This document shows, piece after piece, positions 11,670 to 27,179 of a stretch of DNA of 64,000 nucleotides. This stretch comes from Eledone cirrhosa (taxonomy: Eukaryota). The stretch covers positions 348,812,001 to 348,876,000 of the forward strand of contig OZ024740.1 in assembly GCA_964016885.1 (NCBI GenBank), read 5' to 3'. Below the pieces are notes generated by a model that made no database searches, was not told the origin of the DNA, and was given only the letters and a program-made list of their open reading frames with translations. Within the stretch, counting starts at the first letter, position 1; the number at the start of each line of letters is the position of its first letter. The translations under genes and the position numbers were made by a program.

Positions 11670-14470
11670 TCACAACCATCAGAAACCAAACTTATTCAAC
11701 TAGATCTACTCTCTGCCTTGTCTTCCCAATCCTCAACACTAATATCAAATGTCTTCAAGTAGCCTTTGACAATATCCCGTAAATGTTTCATCAGTTTGTG
11801 TCTGGGGCGTTTATCAAGAGTTAACTCTCCATAACAAATTCGCTAGGCAATTTATCCTCTTCCATCAGCCTTAAATGCCCTGCCCAACGCATTGGTTTCG
11901 GATGAGTAGTTTTCTAAGTTGGATGTATTGGCGCACTGCTAAACAAAGGTGTCAGGTGTAAATGACTGTAACTTAATGTTCAAAATACGCCTTAGGCATT
12001 TTTGGTGACTCTTTCCAATGTCTTCATATGATGTCGGTATGTGGTCCAAGTCTCAGCAGAGTACAAGAGAGCAGTCAGGACACATGATTGGTAGACACTT
12101 ATCTTAGTGCCCAACGAGATGCCTCTGTCCGACCAGACGCGTCCCTCCAACCTATCGCATCAATTCTGTATTGAGGAACAGGAGTACCCGACCAAATATC
12201 AAAAATCAAATGGCAAATCTTCACAGCAATTGTGTCACCCCATGAAGTAAAAATCTCGACAGGAATACTATCAAGACTAGTATGAATCTTCCTTCCTAGC
12301 CTTCCTAGTATTAATCTCCCATACAGTCTGCTGGACCTCAGTCAGATTAGTATGATCTGACATCTCATGAATTATATCTCATTGAGGCAAGTTATTGATT
12401 ACATCTGAATTAAACTCAGAGGAATTATAAAAGAGATCAGTAAAATGCTCGCTCCAGTGTTCGATTACCGTGTCTAAGTATTAAAAAAAGAACAGATCCG
12501 TCCTTGGACTTGGATTGACGGCAAAAGGCCTGATTGATCAGGTGGTACAAGCTTTGGAGTCCTTTCGATGATAGGAACTCTGAATCTGCATTGAAATATC
12601 TAACCCGCATTTATTTTTCATCTGATAGATTCTACGCTGAAGCAAATGTTTTACACCCTTGAATGAATGAAGCAAGGTAGAACGGTCTTTATCTGATGCA
12701 CTAAAAATAAAAATAAAAATTACAGTTGGCATCATGTTTTGACTTCAATAACTGGTTGGTCGAAGAATCATTTTCTTCAAACCAGTCCCGATGTTTATTT
12801 TTCCTTATACCTAAGGCTTCAATACTAGTGTTGTAGACAGCGATCGGAAACCCATGTGCCGTCAAATTCAGTTTCTTCAAAAGTCCTACCCAGGTCCTTG
12901 CGAACCGCCAGATCCTGCAATCTCGACCCGTCTCTGAGTCTAAGAAGCCTTGTCCCATTAGATCTCATTTTACTTTTGAAGCCAAATATCATTTTGCCAC
13001 GTACTAGGGCATGGCCTGTCCCACACATGGCTCGTCGTATGGCCCGAACAGAGATGACATCATGAAGATCTCATTTACGACAGATGACGTAATCAGAATA
13101 TGCCCATGTTTGGATCTTTGGTGAATCCAAGTAACCTTATGAGCATCTTTCCGGTGGAAAAAGGAGTTGTAAATGGCTAGTTCAAATTCCTCGCTACTGG
13201 AGAAAGTCGGAGTATAAATGGAAACTATAGACAAATAACGGGTGAGGACCATGATTCTGTCACTGACACCATGCGGTTACTCCAGATGGCTGGTTATCTC
13301 AGTTCGAATGGCAAAGCCTAAACCTCGTTCACATTTCTCTCTCTCAGGCTTGCCTCTCCAGAAAAAGGTATATCCCACTCCTGATTCTGTCAACTGATCC
13401 TTACCGCACAGACGTGTTTCAGAGAGTGCAGCTATGACAATACCATACCAGGCCTATTCCCTTGCTATCAAACCAGTTCAAAGTTAAAGGATTACAGAAC
13501 ACTCTGCTGCCAAGAAGTATCCTTATGTTCCAAGTATCGACATTCATTCTGTAATTTTTGTAATATTATCTCTTGGGCTTTTGCCCTGCTATTATGAACT
13601 ACAGCCAACATCAGGCCGATGACTGAACAGGCTTTGTTTAATCACCTTTCTTATACTTTTTTCCATGTAGTATGGGTGAGCAGTGCATCAGCAAATACGG
13701 CTGCTCAGACGCTCAAGACTCCACCGAAGCATGATGCTGTTTAGGTTAACTGTGCAGTTACGTTAGGTTAAGACTCTAGCCGCCCACGTGTAGATATGTG
13801 GCTATTTGCTTCTAACCGGTCAAGTTTGCACACGTTGCCACTCTTCCACTGCTGTGGGACTTGTGATGAAGTTTGTGCATATAATTGTTTCTAATTTTGG
13901 CAAAAGACAAGCAATTATCCCAGTGTATTACTGGTACTTTATTTTATCGACCCCGTAAGGATGAAAGGCAAAGTTAAACTTGGCGGGTTTTGAACTCAGA
14001 TCATAAAGGGCCGTAACTCTTTGCTGAAAAGCATGGCGTCCGACCCTCTACTGATACTGCCAATCCATCGATGGCAAAGCTATGTGATTGTGCCACACAC
14101 ATAGCACCCCCTCCATCCCGCAGCTATGCGTCCAGTGACATGACAAAGCAAGATAACAGGACAGTTACGAGGATCATATGTGTTATTGTCATGGAGGTTA
14201 AGCTCTCCAATGAGTGAGGGCTTACTTACCACGCTTGACCAATTGCAGGTTGGTGAGACTATTTAACCCATAGCTGGTGTGGGTAGCCGTTGACTCCGGA
14301 GAGTTCGTCCGCCCTTTGACAGCTCTTATTTTTGTGCTGCTAGGATTCCACATACCCTCCTCACCAGACCAGGGTCTGGTGGGAGATCCCGATTAGGCTC
14401 CGACCATGCGACCTTGAAACAGGTTGTACTGGGCTACATAGTATTAGTAGTAGACAGAGACCTGACCTGA
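11670..14470 (-). mobile_element. Decayed RTE-clade LINE (APE endonuclease and C-terminal remnants; most of RT missing)
   Basis: Minus strand IVIAALSETRL..GYTFFWRG (~13355-13440), SIYTPT, HKVTWIHQRSKH; many stops and frameshifts. Confidence 0.75.
13895..14068 (-). mobile_element. tRNA-derived SINE (octopus-type)
   Basis: B-box-like GAGTTCAAA and core GCCTTTCATCCTTACGGGGTCGATAAAATAAAGTACCAG; several copies in window. Confidence 0.75.
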
Positions 14471-14804
14471 CACAATATATGTTACACTGTATATATATAT
14501 AGCAAATTGTAAACTATATACAGAAGGAAGGGCAGTGGTAGGAATTTTATTAACCCCTCATTTCCACGCTAACGAGCAAGTGTAGCGTAAAATTTGAATA
14601 CATAAGAGGATGTACTCTAATAAGAGATAAATCGAATTCGTCTGGCCCTTGTCGATAGCCTGTTTAGTATTAGAAATATTACATAACAACCTTAACACTG
14701 AAGATGCTAGTTGATAATGTAGATTGGTGGTTGTGTGATGACAGCATCGCGTAATCATGAATGCCACAGTAATATGTATTACGGCAGACTATGAATAAAA
14801 AGAA

Positions 14805-15445
14805 TTATGAATATCTTCTTTCGGTCATTACCCAAGATTCACAACCACAGATAAGGGTTGGCACGAATATCGAGTTGAAGATAGTGAATTTGGCTTTTAC
14901 ACCTCCCTCCATTCTTGTGATTACTGAATGTTGAAGCTGGCACATTACTGCACCAGTTGCCACAATTATTGCATTTAATTCAGCCTCCTGCCTTCTACTA
15001 CTCGTGAATACGGCCCCAGGGTAATTGAACTTCTCCACCTGCTTCAGTGGAACTCGATTCACATGTACAATGTACTGCGCAGGGTTCCGTGAGAAGAGGA
15101 GTGTCTCATTCTTTGCAGCACTGATTTTCATCCCAGCCATGCATCACTCAACATCAAACCTACCAAGTGCAAGTCGAAGATCACCTTCTTTCGAGGTAAG
15201 TAACACCATGTTTGAGCAAATTCCAACTGACTGATTTTACACTTTCCAGTAGTGATACCACGTCCAAATTGGCTGCGCATGTTAATTCTGTTCATGGAAA
15301 TAATGGGCAGACGAGGTGACAATACGCACCCTTTGTGGAGTTCGACTCCCACGTTGAATGGTTTTGATTTAACATCATTTATCCGAACAGAAATACTCGG
15401 CCATTCGTATAGAAGCTGGCCATCGATCCCACACTCCTGAACCGC
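14805..15445 (-). mobile_element. RTE-like LINE RT fragment, decayed
   Basis: GVELHKGCVLSP, LKQVEKFNYPG and PTLICGCESW motifs in the ORF track. Confidence 0.7.
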
Positions 15446-15466
15446 ACTTAAGCCTTTTCAAGACCG

Positions 15467-15497
<31 letters not shown>

Positions 15498-15719
15498 GAG
15501 AATATACATCTTAGCAATACTCCCACGATTTCTGATGAGTTTATTTTTGTGTATATTTGACAAGTACTATATTAGAGTAACTGATTTACTTTGGTCTACA
15601 TAATAACATAAACTTTTCTACTTTTTCTCAAATGATGTTAGGGTTTAGTTTTAAAGACGGAACACGTTTTTCATATACATTGTAAGTTCATAAATGACTA
15701 ATTTAATTCATTTTTCAAC

Positions 15720-16350
15720 AATCATTCCGAGATGAAGATTTTGTTTTATCACGATACGTCATAGATATGAGAGCATGATTTAAACGAAAAACTTCGTAAC
15801 CCTAATAAGGAATTTTGTAATATTTAAAATTAGAGATTATATCCATCAAATAAAAGAAATAATGAGAATAGAATTTGGATTGGGGAGAAATTAATATTCT
15901 AAAAACTAATTGTTTATCAATCAAATCTACAACAATGTATACAATAACTATAAATAATACAAATAGGATTGTGTGTCATGGTAAGGGCAACTCCTCCCAT
16001 ACAGGAGTGGTTATTTGTTTTATGGGTCATATAAACATTGTATAATTCTTAGAACTGAGATGGTAACATTAGATTATTATTAGTTCCACCCCAAATAAAT
16101 TGAATGATAATGTCGAATGAGAATCTGTCTTGAAGTTTCAAAAACTATCTATATGAAAACGTAAAACTCAAGTTGTTAATACAAAGAAACGTCAGCTGAG
16201 CAGCGAAAGCACTCAGGTTATATGTATAAAATGTCTAACACTTATCTTCCTATATCCATGTCCAAGTGTAAAAGCAGTATAATAATTAAAGTAAGTAAAC
16301 TAAATTTAATAATAACATTTTATATAATTATGTATGTAAATATGCGTACA
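15720..16350 (+). repeat. Diverged paralog of the IL-17 upstream segment (40760-41440)
   Basis: aaataggattgtgtgtcatggtaagggcaactcctcccatacagga (15961) matches 41022; cagctgagca and attaaagtaagtaa also shared. Confidence 0.75.
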
Positions 16351-16352
16351 TC

Positions 16353-16434
<82 letters not shown>

Positions 16435-16528
16435 GAAGGAATTGTGGTAAGGAACCAGATGGACTCACCAGAGTACTCAATACTTAGGGTAGTAGAGTGG
16501 GTAATAGGAAAAAAGTATCATATTTTTT

Positions 16529-16576
<48 letters not shown>

Positions 16577-16589
16577 AAAAAAGTGGTGA

Positions 16590-16654
<65 letters not shown>

Positions 16655-16739
16655 ATAATAATAAATTTGAAGACTAAAATCCAAAGAGGGATCGATAAGG
16701 ATAAATATATATCAAATATATAAGAACCGAGGAGCAAAT

Positions 16740-17250
16740 ATTTATTAAAATAACAGATTAAAGTTTAAGCAAAGAATCGCTGCTTTCACCCTTAACGGGA
16801 TCTTATTTTATTTCCTAGTTAGAATTTTAGTCTACGACTTCAGTTATACCATTTACGTGGTTTTGTCTTTGCGTGCAATTGTTCTCCCCGACCCACATAT
16901 GACGTATTATCTTCGTTTTTTTCGTTCATTGCCAGAGAACGTCTCTATGCACCACCTAATAGAATATTAGTCTACGACTTCTTTTATACCATAAACATGG
17001 TTTTGTCTTTGCGTGTAATTGTTTTTTACCGCTCCAAATAATGACGTATTATATTCGTTTTTTCCCGTTCTTTGCCAGGGAACTTTTCCACAAACCAAAG
17101 TATCGTCGTCCTGTCTTCCTCCGGTTGCAACGTTTTTTGAAATATTTACTTCTGCGTTCACAGATTGACTTTGTTAGTTTCAGAAGATCCCGTTAAGGCT
17201 GAAAGCAGCGATTCTTTTCTTAAACTTTAATCTGTTATTTTAATAAATAA
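16740..17250. mobile_element. Small element with terminal inverted segments and internal direct repeat, next to (TA)n
   Basis: 16741-16804 is the inverse of 17184-17248; tagtctacgacttc repeated at ~16828 and ~16968. Confidence 0.55.
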
Positions 17251-17574
17251 ATAAATATAAATATATATATATATATATATATAAAACAAATAACGAAACG
17301 AAATTAAATTTCGTTTCGTTTGTAACTCACTTTTGTATGACTGACGCTTAAACAATTAAATTAAAAATGTACATCCACATATGTATACTGAAATACTAGT
17401 ATGCATATGAATACACACACGTGTACATATGTAGATGTACCGAGTTTTTCACTGGACACTTTACTGTGAGTGTCCAGCTATTCTGTATGTAAACACACAG
17501 ACAAACCGGTTTTTAGAGTCATACTGGTTTTCGAGGAAACACCTTTCCTCTATTCTCCAGAAAGCCAGACAAGG

Positions 17575-17619
17575 AATATTGGACTAGTTTCGATGTTGTT
17601 ACATCTCATCAGCAATATT
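17575..17619 (-). ncRNA. Minimal type-I hammerhead ribozyme (family A, GUC site)
   Basis: Reverse complement AATATTG-CTGATGA-GATGT aaca ACATC-GAAA-CTAG-TC-CAATATT. Confidence 0.9.
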
Positions 17620-18091
17620 TACCTATCTTCCGGCCTTTCTAGAGAATCGTAAAAGCACATATCGTTATATGCTTTTTCTATGAAAATTAGTAGTGGGCAG
17701 ACTAATTTGCATAGAGCGTGAGTACGTACCGGTTCAGCGGAGACGATAAAAACAAATAACGAAACGAAATTAAATTTCGTTTCGTTTGTAACTCACTTTT
17801 GTATGACTGACGCTTAAACAATTAAATTAAAAATGTACATCCACATATGTATACTGAAATACTAGTATGCATATGAATACACACACGTGTACATATGTAG
17901 ATGTACCGAGTTTTTCACTGGACACTTTACTGTGAGTGTCCAGCTATTCTGTATGTAAACACACAGACAAACCGGTTTTTAGAGTCATACTGGTTTTCGA
18001 GGAAACACCTTTCCTCTATTCTCCAGAAAGCCAGACAAGCATATAACGATATGTGCTTTTACGATTCTCTAGAAAGGCCGGAAGATAGGTA

Positions 18092-18136
18092 AATATTGCT
18101 GATGAGATGTAACAACATCGAAACTAGTCCAATATT
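18092..18136 (+). ncRNA. Minimal type-I hammerhead ribozyme (family A, GUC site)
   Basis: AATATTG-CTGATGA-GATGT aaca ACATC-GAAA-CTAG-TC-CAATATT. Confidence 0.9.
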
Positions 18137-18557
18137 CCTTGTCTGGCTTTCTGGAGAATAGAGGAAAGGTGTTTCCTCGAAAACCAGTATGACTCTAAAA
18201 ACCGGTTTGTCTGTGTGTTTACATACAGAATAGCTGGACACTCACAGTAAAGTGTCCAGTGAAAAACTCGGTACATCTACATATGTACACGTGTGTGTAT
18301 TCATATGCATACTAGTATTTCAGTATACATATGTGGATGTACATTTTTAATTTAATTGTTTAAGCGTCAGTCATACAAAAGTGAGTTACAAACGAAACGA
18401 AATTTAATTTCGTTTCGTTATTTGTTTTTATCGTCTCCGCTGAACCGGTACGTACTCACGCTCTATGCAAATTAGTCTGCCCACTACTAATTTTCATAGA
18501 AAAAGCATATAACGATATGTGCTTTTACGATTCTCTAGAAAGGCCGGAAGATAGGTA

Positions 18558-18602
18558 AATATTGCTGATGAGATGTAACAACATCGAAACTAGTCCAATA
18601 TT
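18558..18602 (+). ncRNA. Minimal type-I hammerhead ribozyme (family A, GUC site)
   Basis: Same motif, +466. Confidence 0.9.
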
Positions 18603-18816
18603 CCTTGTCTGGCTTTCTGGAGAATAGAGGAAAGGTGTTTCCTCGAAAACCAGTATGACTCTAAAAACCGGTTTGTCTGTGTGTTTACATACAGAATAGC
18701 TGGACACTCACAGTAAAGTGTCCAGTGAAAAACTCGGTACATCTACATATGTACACGTGTGTGTATTCATATGCATACTAGTATTTCAGTATACATATGT
18801 GGAAGTACATTTTTAA

Positions 18817-18883
<67 letters not shown>

Positions 18884-18888
<5 letters not shown>

Positions 18889-19585
18889 TTAGAACCCTGT
18901 AACCATTAAGCTCTAAGTATAAAGTACAAATAAATACTGAGCCGATTAACAATATATAGTAAGAAACACAGTAAACCGTGTGTCTAAAATTACAAGGGTT
19001 GAAAAACCACGTATGCTTGAAATATTGTCTGTTTCTTGGTTAAATATTTCAAGCATACGTGGTTTTTCAACCCTTGTAATTTTAGACACACGGTTTACTG
19101 TGTTTCTTACTATATATTGTTAATCGGCTCAGTGTTTATTTGTACTTTATACTTAGAGCTTAATGGTTACAGGGTTCTAATTCATATATATATATTTCGG
19201 CTCTCTTACAGGATGAGCTATTAAGTTGTGCGTGTTTGACTGTTATTTCTGTTCAACACGCGCTTACCACGTTTGGCTGGCGAAGCACGAGGTGATGAAT
19301 TCATCTTTCTGTGTGAACGTTAGCATATAGTGTCTGTGGCATTTAATCGCAATCTCTCGCTGATGAAGCCCAGGATTATCTGTTACAAACACACTCAGGG
19401 CGAAACAGATTAGGGATAATCTGTCCGAGAGATATAATGGTTATTGGGGCGGTTTGTATTATTTGATAATATATTTTTATTTTCATTTCGTCATTCTGTC
19501 TGTTTCTTGGTTAAATATTTCAAGCATACGTGGTTTTTCAACCCTTGTAATTTTAGACACACGGTTTACTGTGTTTCTTACTATA
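18884..19585 (+). mobile_element. Non-coding PLE-type element: inverted 5' piece + 471-bp unit + partial direct repeat
   Basis: 18884-19025 is the inverse of 19044-19186; tgtctgtttcttggttaaatatttc at 19026 and 19497; (TA)n flanks. Confidence 0.8.
19352..19433 (+). ncRNA. Type-I hammerhead ribozyme with full stem III (family C)
   Basis: ATCTCTCG-CTGATGA-A-GCCC...GGGC-GAAA-CAGAT tagggata ATCTG-TC-CGAGAGAT; 8-bp stem I, GUC site. Confidence 0.85.
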
Positions 19586-19656
19586 TATATATATATATAT
19601 ATATATAATCTGAGTTTTTCAAATATCAATATTAATATTCGATGCGCTTGCAATTA

Positions 19657-21084
19657 CACCGTGTAACATATTTTTTGTTCCCCGGTTCTAAGTGTCATTT
19701 CCTGGTTTGTTATATCCCATTATTATTTTAAAAAAACACTATTATTTAATCAGAAGTTTGGGTTTGTGGTCAGGAGTTTCATGTTTCGAAATTTTCATAT
19801 TTTTCAAGATAAAACACATTTTTTTAAATTTATCTGTTCATATAATTAAATCAACAGAGTATATATTTATTTTATTACACAAGCTTATCAAAAGCAAACA
19901 AGTAAAAACAAATAACACTTATAAAGCAACCATAAATGACTGGATTACCTGGATTTGCGGTTGTAGTCCAGGTCGCATTCCTTCACTAGTCCCCAGATAT
20001 AGTCCCCAATCATTTTTTCATTGTAGTGGCCCTGGTACCTCCGCTCTATCTCTTTCATATCTTGGTGGAATCGTTCGCCTTGTTCTTCTGAGTAGGCGCC
20101 CATATTGTTCTTGAATTTGTCCAGGTGAGCGTCCAGCATATGGAGTTTAAGCGACATCCTGCATCCCATGGCGCCAAAAGCCTTTATCAGATCCTGCACC
20201 AGTTGCTGGAGGTTTTCCGCTCTGTAGTTGCCCAGAAACCCCGTAACAACTGCCTTGAAACAGTTCCATGCTGTTCTCTCAATCCTATTGAGCTTATTGG
20301 AGAACTCGGTAGACTCAAACACCTTCTTTATCTGAGGTCCAACAAAAATTACACCTTTGGTTTTGGCCTCAGATAACTTGGGGAAGAACTCAAGAAGGTA
20401 CTTAAAAGCGGCTGATTCTTGGTTGAGAGCCTTCACAAACTGCTTCATCAACCCCAACTTAATGTGCAGTGGCGGCATGAGCACAATCCTAGGATCAACC
20501 AATGGCTCCCACATGACGTTCCGGGTCCCAACTACAAATTATGTTCGCTGCTCCCAGTTCTTTCTTTTGTAGTGGTCAGAGGTGGCTCTGCTGTCTCAAA
20601 GGCAGAGGAAGCATTGGAATTTGATAAAGCCTCCTTGGAGTCCAAGCAGGAAAGCCACCATCTTGAAGTCTCCAATGATTTCCCAATTGTACTGGTTGTA
20701 TTGCAGAACTTCCAAGAGGACTTTCACACTGTAGTAATTTTCCTTCAGGCAGATTGAATGAACTAGAGGCAGTGTCGGGAACTTGTTTCCATTGTGGAAG
20801 AGGACAGCCTTCAAACTTGTGGTGGAGCTGTCTATAAATAGCCGCCACTCCTTGGGCACAAACGGCACTCCAATAACGTCAAACAGTCCCGGCACGTCAT
20901 GGCAGAAGCAGAGGCCATCCCTAAGAGTGTAAAAGCCTGAGAAAGGTTCGTGTCGACTTCTCTGACTTGCCACCTGCACTTCCTCCTTAACCAAGTTCCA
21001 CTGATTCATCCTGGAGACGAATAGCTCTGCATTGGACTTGGTCAGACCCATATCCCTGACCGAGTCATTGACATCTTTTTGGTC
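19657..21084 (-). mobile_element. Chapaev3-like (CMC) DNA transposon, frameshifted and truncated by a PLE
   Basis: WRLFIDSS..SLKAVL.HNGN, PPLHIKLGLMKQFVKAL, EEQGERFHQD in ORFs 20596-21090 and 19945-20514; terminus CACCGTGTAACA at 19657; family assignment from memory of motifs. Confidence 0.75.
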
Positions 21085-23067
<1,983 letters not shown>

Positions 23068-23207
23068 TGTTAAACAGTATTCAATGATTATGTCAAAGAA
23101 TGAATTTTACAGTAGATTGGAAGCACTCAACCGTAAAATAATTTTCTTTGAGTTATTAATATTAAAATATAAGTATTAATAAAATAGATGTTCTTTTGAT
23201 CAATTAC

Positions 23208-23260
23208 ATTTTATTATACATATTTCGGATGTACAACAGTACGTCCTCATCAGACAAAAT
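23208..23260 (-). ncRNA. Type-I hammerhead ribozyme at the 3' end of the Naiad-like PLE (family D)
   Basis: Reverse complement ATTTTGT-CTGATGA-GGACGTAC tgtt GTACATCC-GAAA-TATGTA-TA-ATAAAAT; same strand as GIY-YIG ORF. Confidence 0.75.
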
Positions 23261-24241
23261 ATAATGATACATGACATACCCTGAGATGTTAAATGGTTAA
23301 GATTTAATCAAGGTAGTGATTAACCCGATAGAAAATTTTACTTATATCCTATCTATGAGAAAATGCGAAAACGTAATAAATTCATTAGAGAATGTGTGAG
23401 TAATAAAAAACGTTCTAAAATTTTAAAGTGTATAATACTACAATATATCTAGGAAAACGTCTCATGAATCATAACAGCCAGTGATAGCCACTGGAAAAGG
23501 ATTTATAAAGAGGGAAAAATAAAGTGGGGGGGGGGGTCGAAAGTTAAACTGTTAGATTTGAAAATATTTAATTTATAAAATTAGTGTGAAAACTCCAGAT
23601 TTCAGGATTATTTGCTAGTTATTTATATATTATTTATATAAATTCGATAAGTGTGTTATCATTTTAAAACTTCTGAATTGTGAGAATAACATTTAAAGGA
23701 TTTAGCTGGTACATAAAGAATGAAATATTATACTGTTGATTGTTTACCTAAATTTAAACTTTAACAAATATACCAACATATTAGGTATGTAAAGCTTTTG
23801 AAGTACTTATTGTTATAAATATTTAAATAACTATTATGTATATAGGTATATATTAATGAGCCAGTATGTTTAAGGTAAATAATAACGACGAAGATAAAAA
23901 TAAAATAATATGTTAAGGATAAATATATACATATGTATAACTGGGTGTAAATGTACTAATTATTCTTCAACCAAGATATCAACATATTATTAGATATAGG
24001 GATGTATATATATATAGATATATATTATTAGTGTATTATTAGTGTAGTATACTTTAGGTAAATGATAACTGTTATACTCTTATCAACGTGTTACATCTAA
24101 ATATATATATACATATAAGAATGAGTGCATGGATAATACTGAGTTCAAAATAATTTCTATAATAATTTTTAGTTTGGATATTTTCTCTATATTTGAATCA
24201 TATATATAGAAATGTGGTAGGTATATTTAAAAATATTTAAT

Positions 24242-24392
24242 TGTAGAGGGTCGGACGCCGTGCTTTCCAGCATAGTTACGTCCGTTTACGATCTGAGTTC
24301 AAATCCCGCCGAGGTTGACGGGGTCGATAAAATAAAGTACCAGTAATTCACTGGGTAATTGCTGGCCTTGTGCCTAAAGTAGAAACAATTAT
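24242..24392 (+). mobile_element. SINE copy, internally deleted
   Basis: gagttcaaatcccgccgaggttgacggggtcgataaaataaagtacc. Confidence 0.7.
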
Positions 24393-24694
24393 AAATAAAT
24401 AATTAAGAGATCGAAGGTACAGCGTAAAATTCATATTTATATATAAGTTTGAATCCGTCTCAAAATTTAGATCTTATAGTGCACTAAGTATATTTAAAAG
24501 AAATATATGCTATATTATACTATAAATAATAAATCAAAAACTCATTAAAAATTGGGAGTTATAGATAAATTTCATAAAAATATATGGATTGGGTATTAAA
24601 CTAAAATTTAAAAGAGATCACAAATGTATTAAATATTCACAGTTAAATAAATTCCATAAATATGTAAGGTAGTGTACTAAATTATAGATAGAAA

Positions 24695-24872
24695 TAATTG
24701 TTTCTACTTTTGGCACAAGGCCAGCAATTATCCAGTGCATTACTGGTACTTTATTTTATCGACCCCGTAAGGATGAAAGGCAAAATTAACCTCGGCGGGA
24801 TTTGAACTCAGATCGTAAAGGGACGTAACTATGCTGGAAAGCATGGCGTCCGACGCTCTACTGATACTGCCA
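24695..24872 (-). mobile_element. SINE copy
   Basis: Reverse complement of the same SINE core. Confidence 0.75.
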
Positions 24873-26159
24873 AATGAGATAAAGAAATGATGGTGTTGAT
24901 CAAAGTTAACAAATAATGTTCTGTGTATCAATGTTTAGGCATGTTAATTGAAATATTGACATTATTCTAACGTTGTTTTTTCTATAGATAGTTATAAAAT
25001 AAAGCAATATTAAAGGCCATTGATGTTTTTTACTGTTGATTATATATATTCCTGTTGTTATTGGTTCTTTCTTTCTCGTTTTATGTGAGGCTAAAAAAGT
25101 GGACGTAGCTTTATGGAGGCAACTAGAGAATAATTCACTTTTTTTGTTAATTAGGGTCTCATAATTATTAATAATCAACAGGGTCTCCATTGTACAGAGC
25201 GGGCAGTTATTTGATATACTAGAGTTGCGGTAAATTCCACAGTTCCGAAGTTTTGTCCAAAGAATCGAGTATTCTAAATTCTTCTCTTTTAAAGACCATA
25301 CGAGCTGTGATAAAGACGTGGATGATTTCTTCTTAGAGTTCGAGAATGAGCATTTATGGTTCGCGAAACGAAGCTTGAATGTGGACGATGTTGATCCAAT
25401 GTAATTGTATGTTTTGTGGTCAGTTTTTACTGTGCATTTATAAACCAAATTACTATCTAAACAATTATTTTTCAAAGGGCAATTATTTTTATTTCTACAA
25501 TTACATTTTGGTTTAGTATCATTAATGTTAACTCTATTATTATGATCATTATGTTGGTTTGGTTTTAGGATTTTGGCGTTTAATTTGCCGATGTTTGGGC
25601 CATGTTATTGGTTGTAGAATTAAATTTAGGAAAAACCCATATATAGGTCACCAATACCTCAGATCTCTAAAAGATAAAATCACAGAAATAAAAAATGTTA
25701 ACAAAGTATTGGTTAAATCTGACAAAACTAATAATTTATATGGGATAAGCAAAGATGAATATAACGAACTGATTCTGAAAGAACTTAGGAAATATTACAA
25801 AAAAGCCCCGGCTGAGTATCTTACTGAAATTAATGAAGACGCCTATAAATTAATTACCAATCTAGGAATACAAGGAAGAACTGAGCCATTCTTATCTAGA
25901 CAGCCGAGGATTAACCTGAAGGATCATAAAATAAACTTTAAGGAAGAGATGTCAGTTAGACTGTTGCTCCATCGAAATCGGATATAGGAGTAATCAGTAA
26001 AAACATCATAGATAGAATATTACCCACTCTTAAATTGAGATCTAGTTTGAGCTTATAGAAAGATACAAACGAGGTCATCAAATGGTACACGAATATTGAA
26101 GATAAGAAAAACTATATTAATATTTATATTTTAATATATATATGTATATATATGTATAT

Positions 26160-26379
<220 letters not shown>

Positions 26380-26380
<1 letters not shown>

Positions 26381-27133
26381 ACACGGGTGTGTATGATTGT
26401 GTATAGAAGATTATATTAATAAGAGGAATTCCAACTTTGTCTGATTTACTCGTTTTATTTACAATCCTTTAAAATTTATAATGGTATTATAATGAAATAG
26501 TATGATAGAATATTAAATTCTAAGTGTTAATTGAACAAGTACTTTCATGCTTTCGCAATCTTCAGGTTCATAATATGTGGTGACAGTCAAGTTTGCAATT
26601 TTCAACTGTAATAAGATGGGTACATTTTCTACCTTTTATACATTTTATACAGGGAAAAGTGGCTCCAGAATCCTAAGTCTTGCAAACTGTATTTCGACCA
26701 ATCAGTGTGTAATTTCACTGAATTACTAAAGCTGATTGGTTTAAGCGTCATGGCTGGTTGAGCATGTCTAACGATCAATAATTAATCATATCCAAAGCAT
26801 CAATTGTTTTGCTATTGTTAGAAATGATGAAAATAGCATTTTCTATTAATCATCACCATCAACATCATTTGTTGCTTTCCAGACATGTTGGCATATACAC
26901 AAAATAATGTATAAATGGTTGAAAATGTACCCATCTTATTACAGTTGAAAATTGCAAACTTGACTGTCACCACATATTATGAACCTGAAGATTGCGAAAG
27001 CATGAAAGTACTTGTTCAATTAACACTTAGAATTTAATATTCTATCATACTATTTCATTATAATACCATTATAAATTTTAAAGGATTGTAAATAAAACGA
27101 GTAAATCAGACAAAGTTGGAATTCCTCTTATTA

Positions 27134-27135
<2 letters not shown>
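26380..27135. mobile_element. Family B HHR element with inverted arm; HHR motifs at 26532-26570 (-) and 26980-27018 (+)
   Basis: 26415-26630 is the inverse of 26921-27135; TGAACCTGAAGATTGCGAAAGCATGAAAGTACTTGTTCA on both arms. Confidence 0.75.
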
Positions 27136-27164
<29 letters not shown>

Positions 27165-27179
27165 ATATATATATAATAC

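Larger units (their letters stand above)
17283..18822. mobile_element. Array 2 of the 466-bp hammerhead repeat: ~1.6 minus-sense + ~1.7 plus-sense monomers
   Basis: Same monomer as array 1; inversion at ~18037; (TA)n both sides. Confidence 0.9.

Noticed and set aside
17175-17215. HHR-like cagaagatcccgttaaggctgaaagc
   Set aside because: Core mutated (CAGAAGA) and stems I/III not evident
24906-25610. Selenocysteine-encoding Naiad PLE
   Set aside because: The Cys positions seen (CNC..CPL..C, CPLC, CLH) use normal Cys codons; no in-frame TGA
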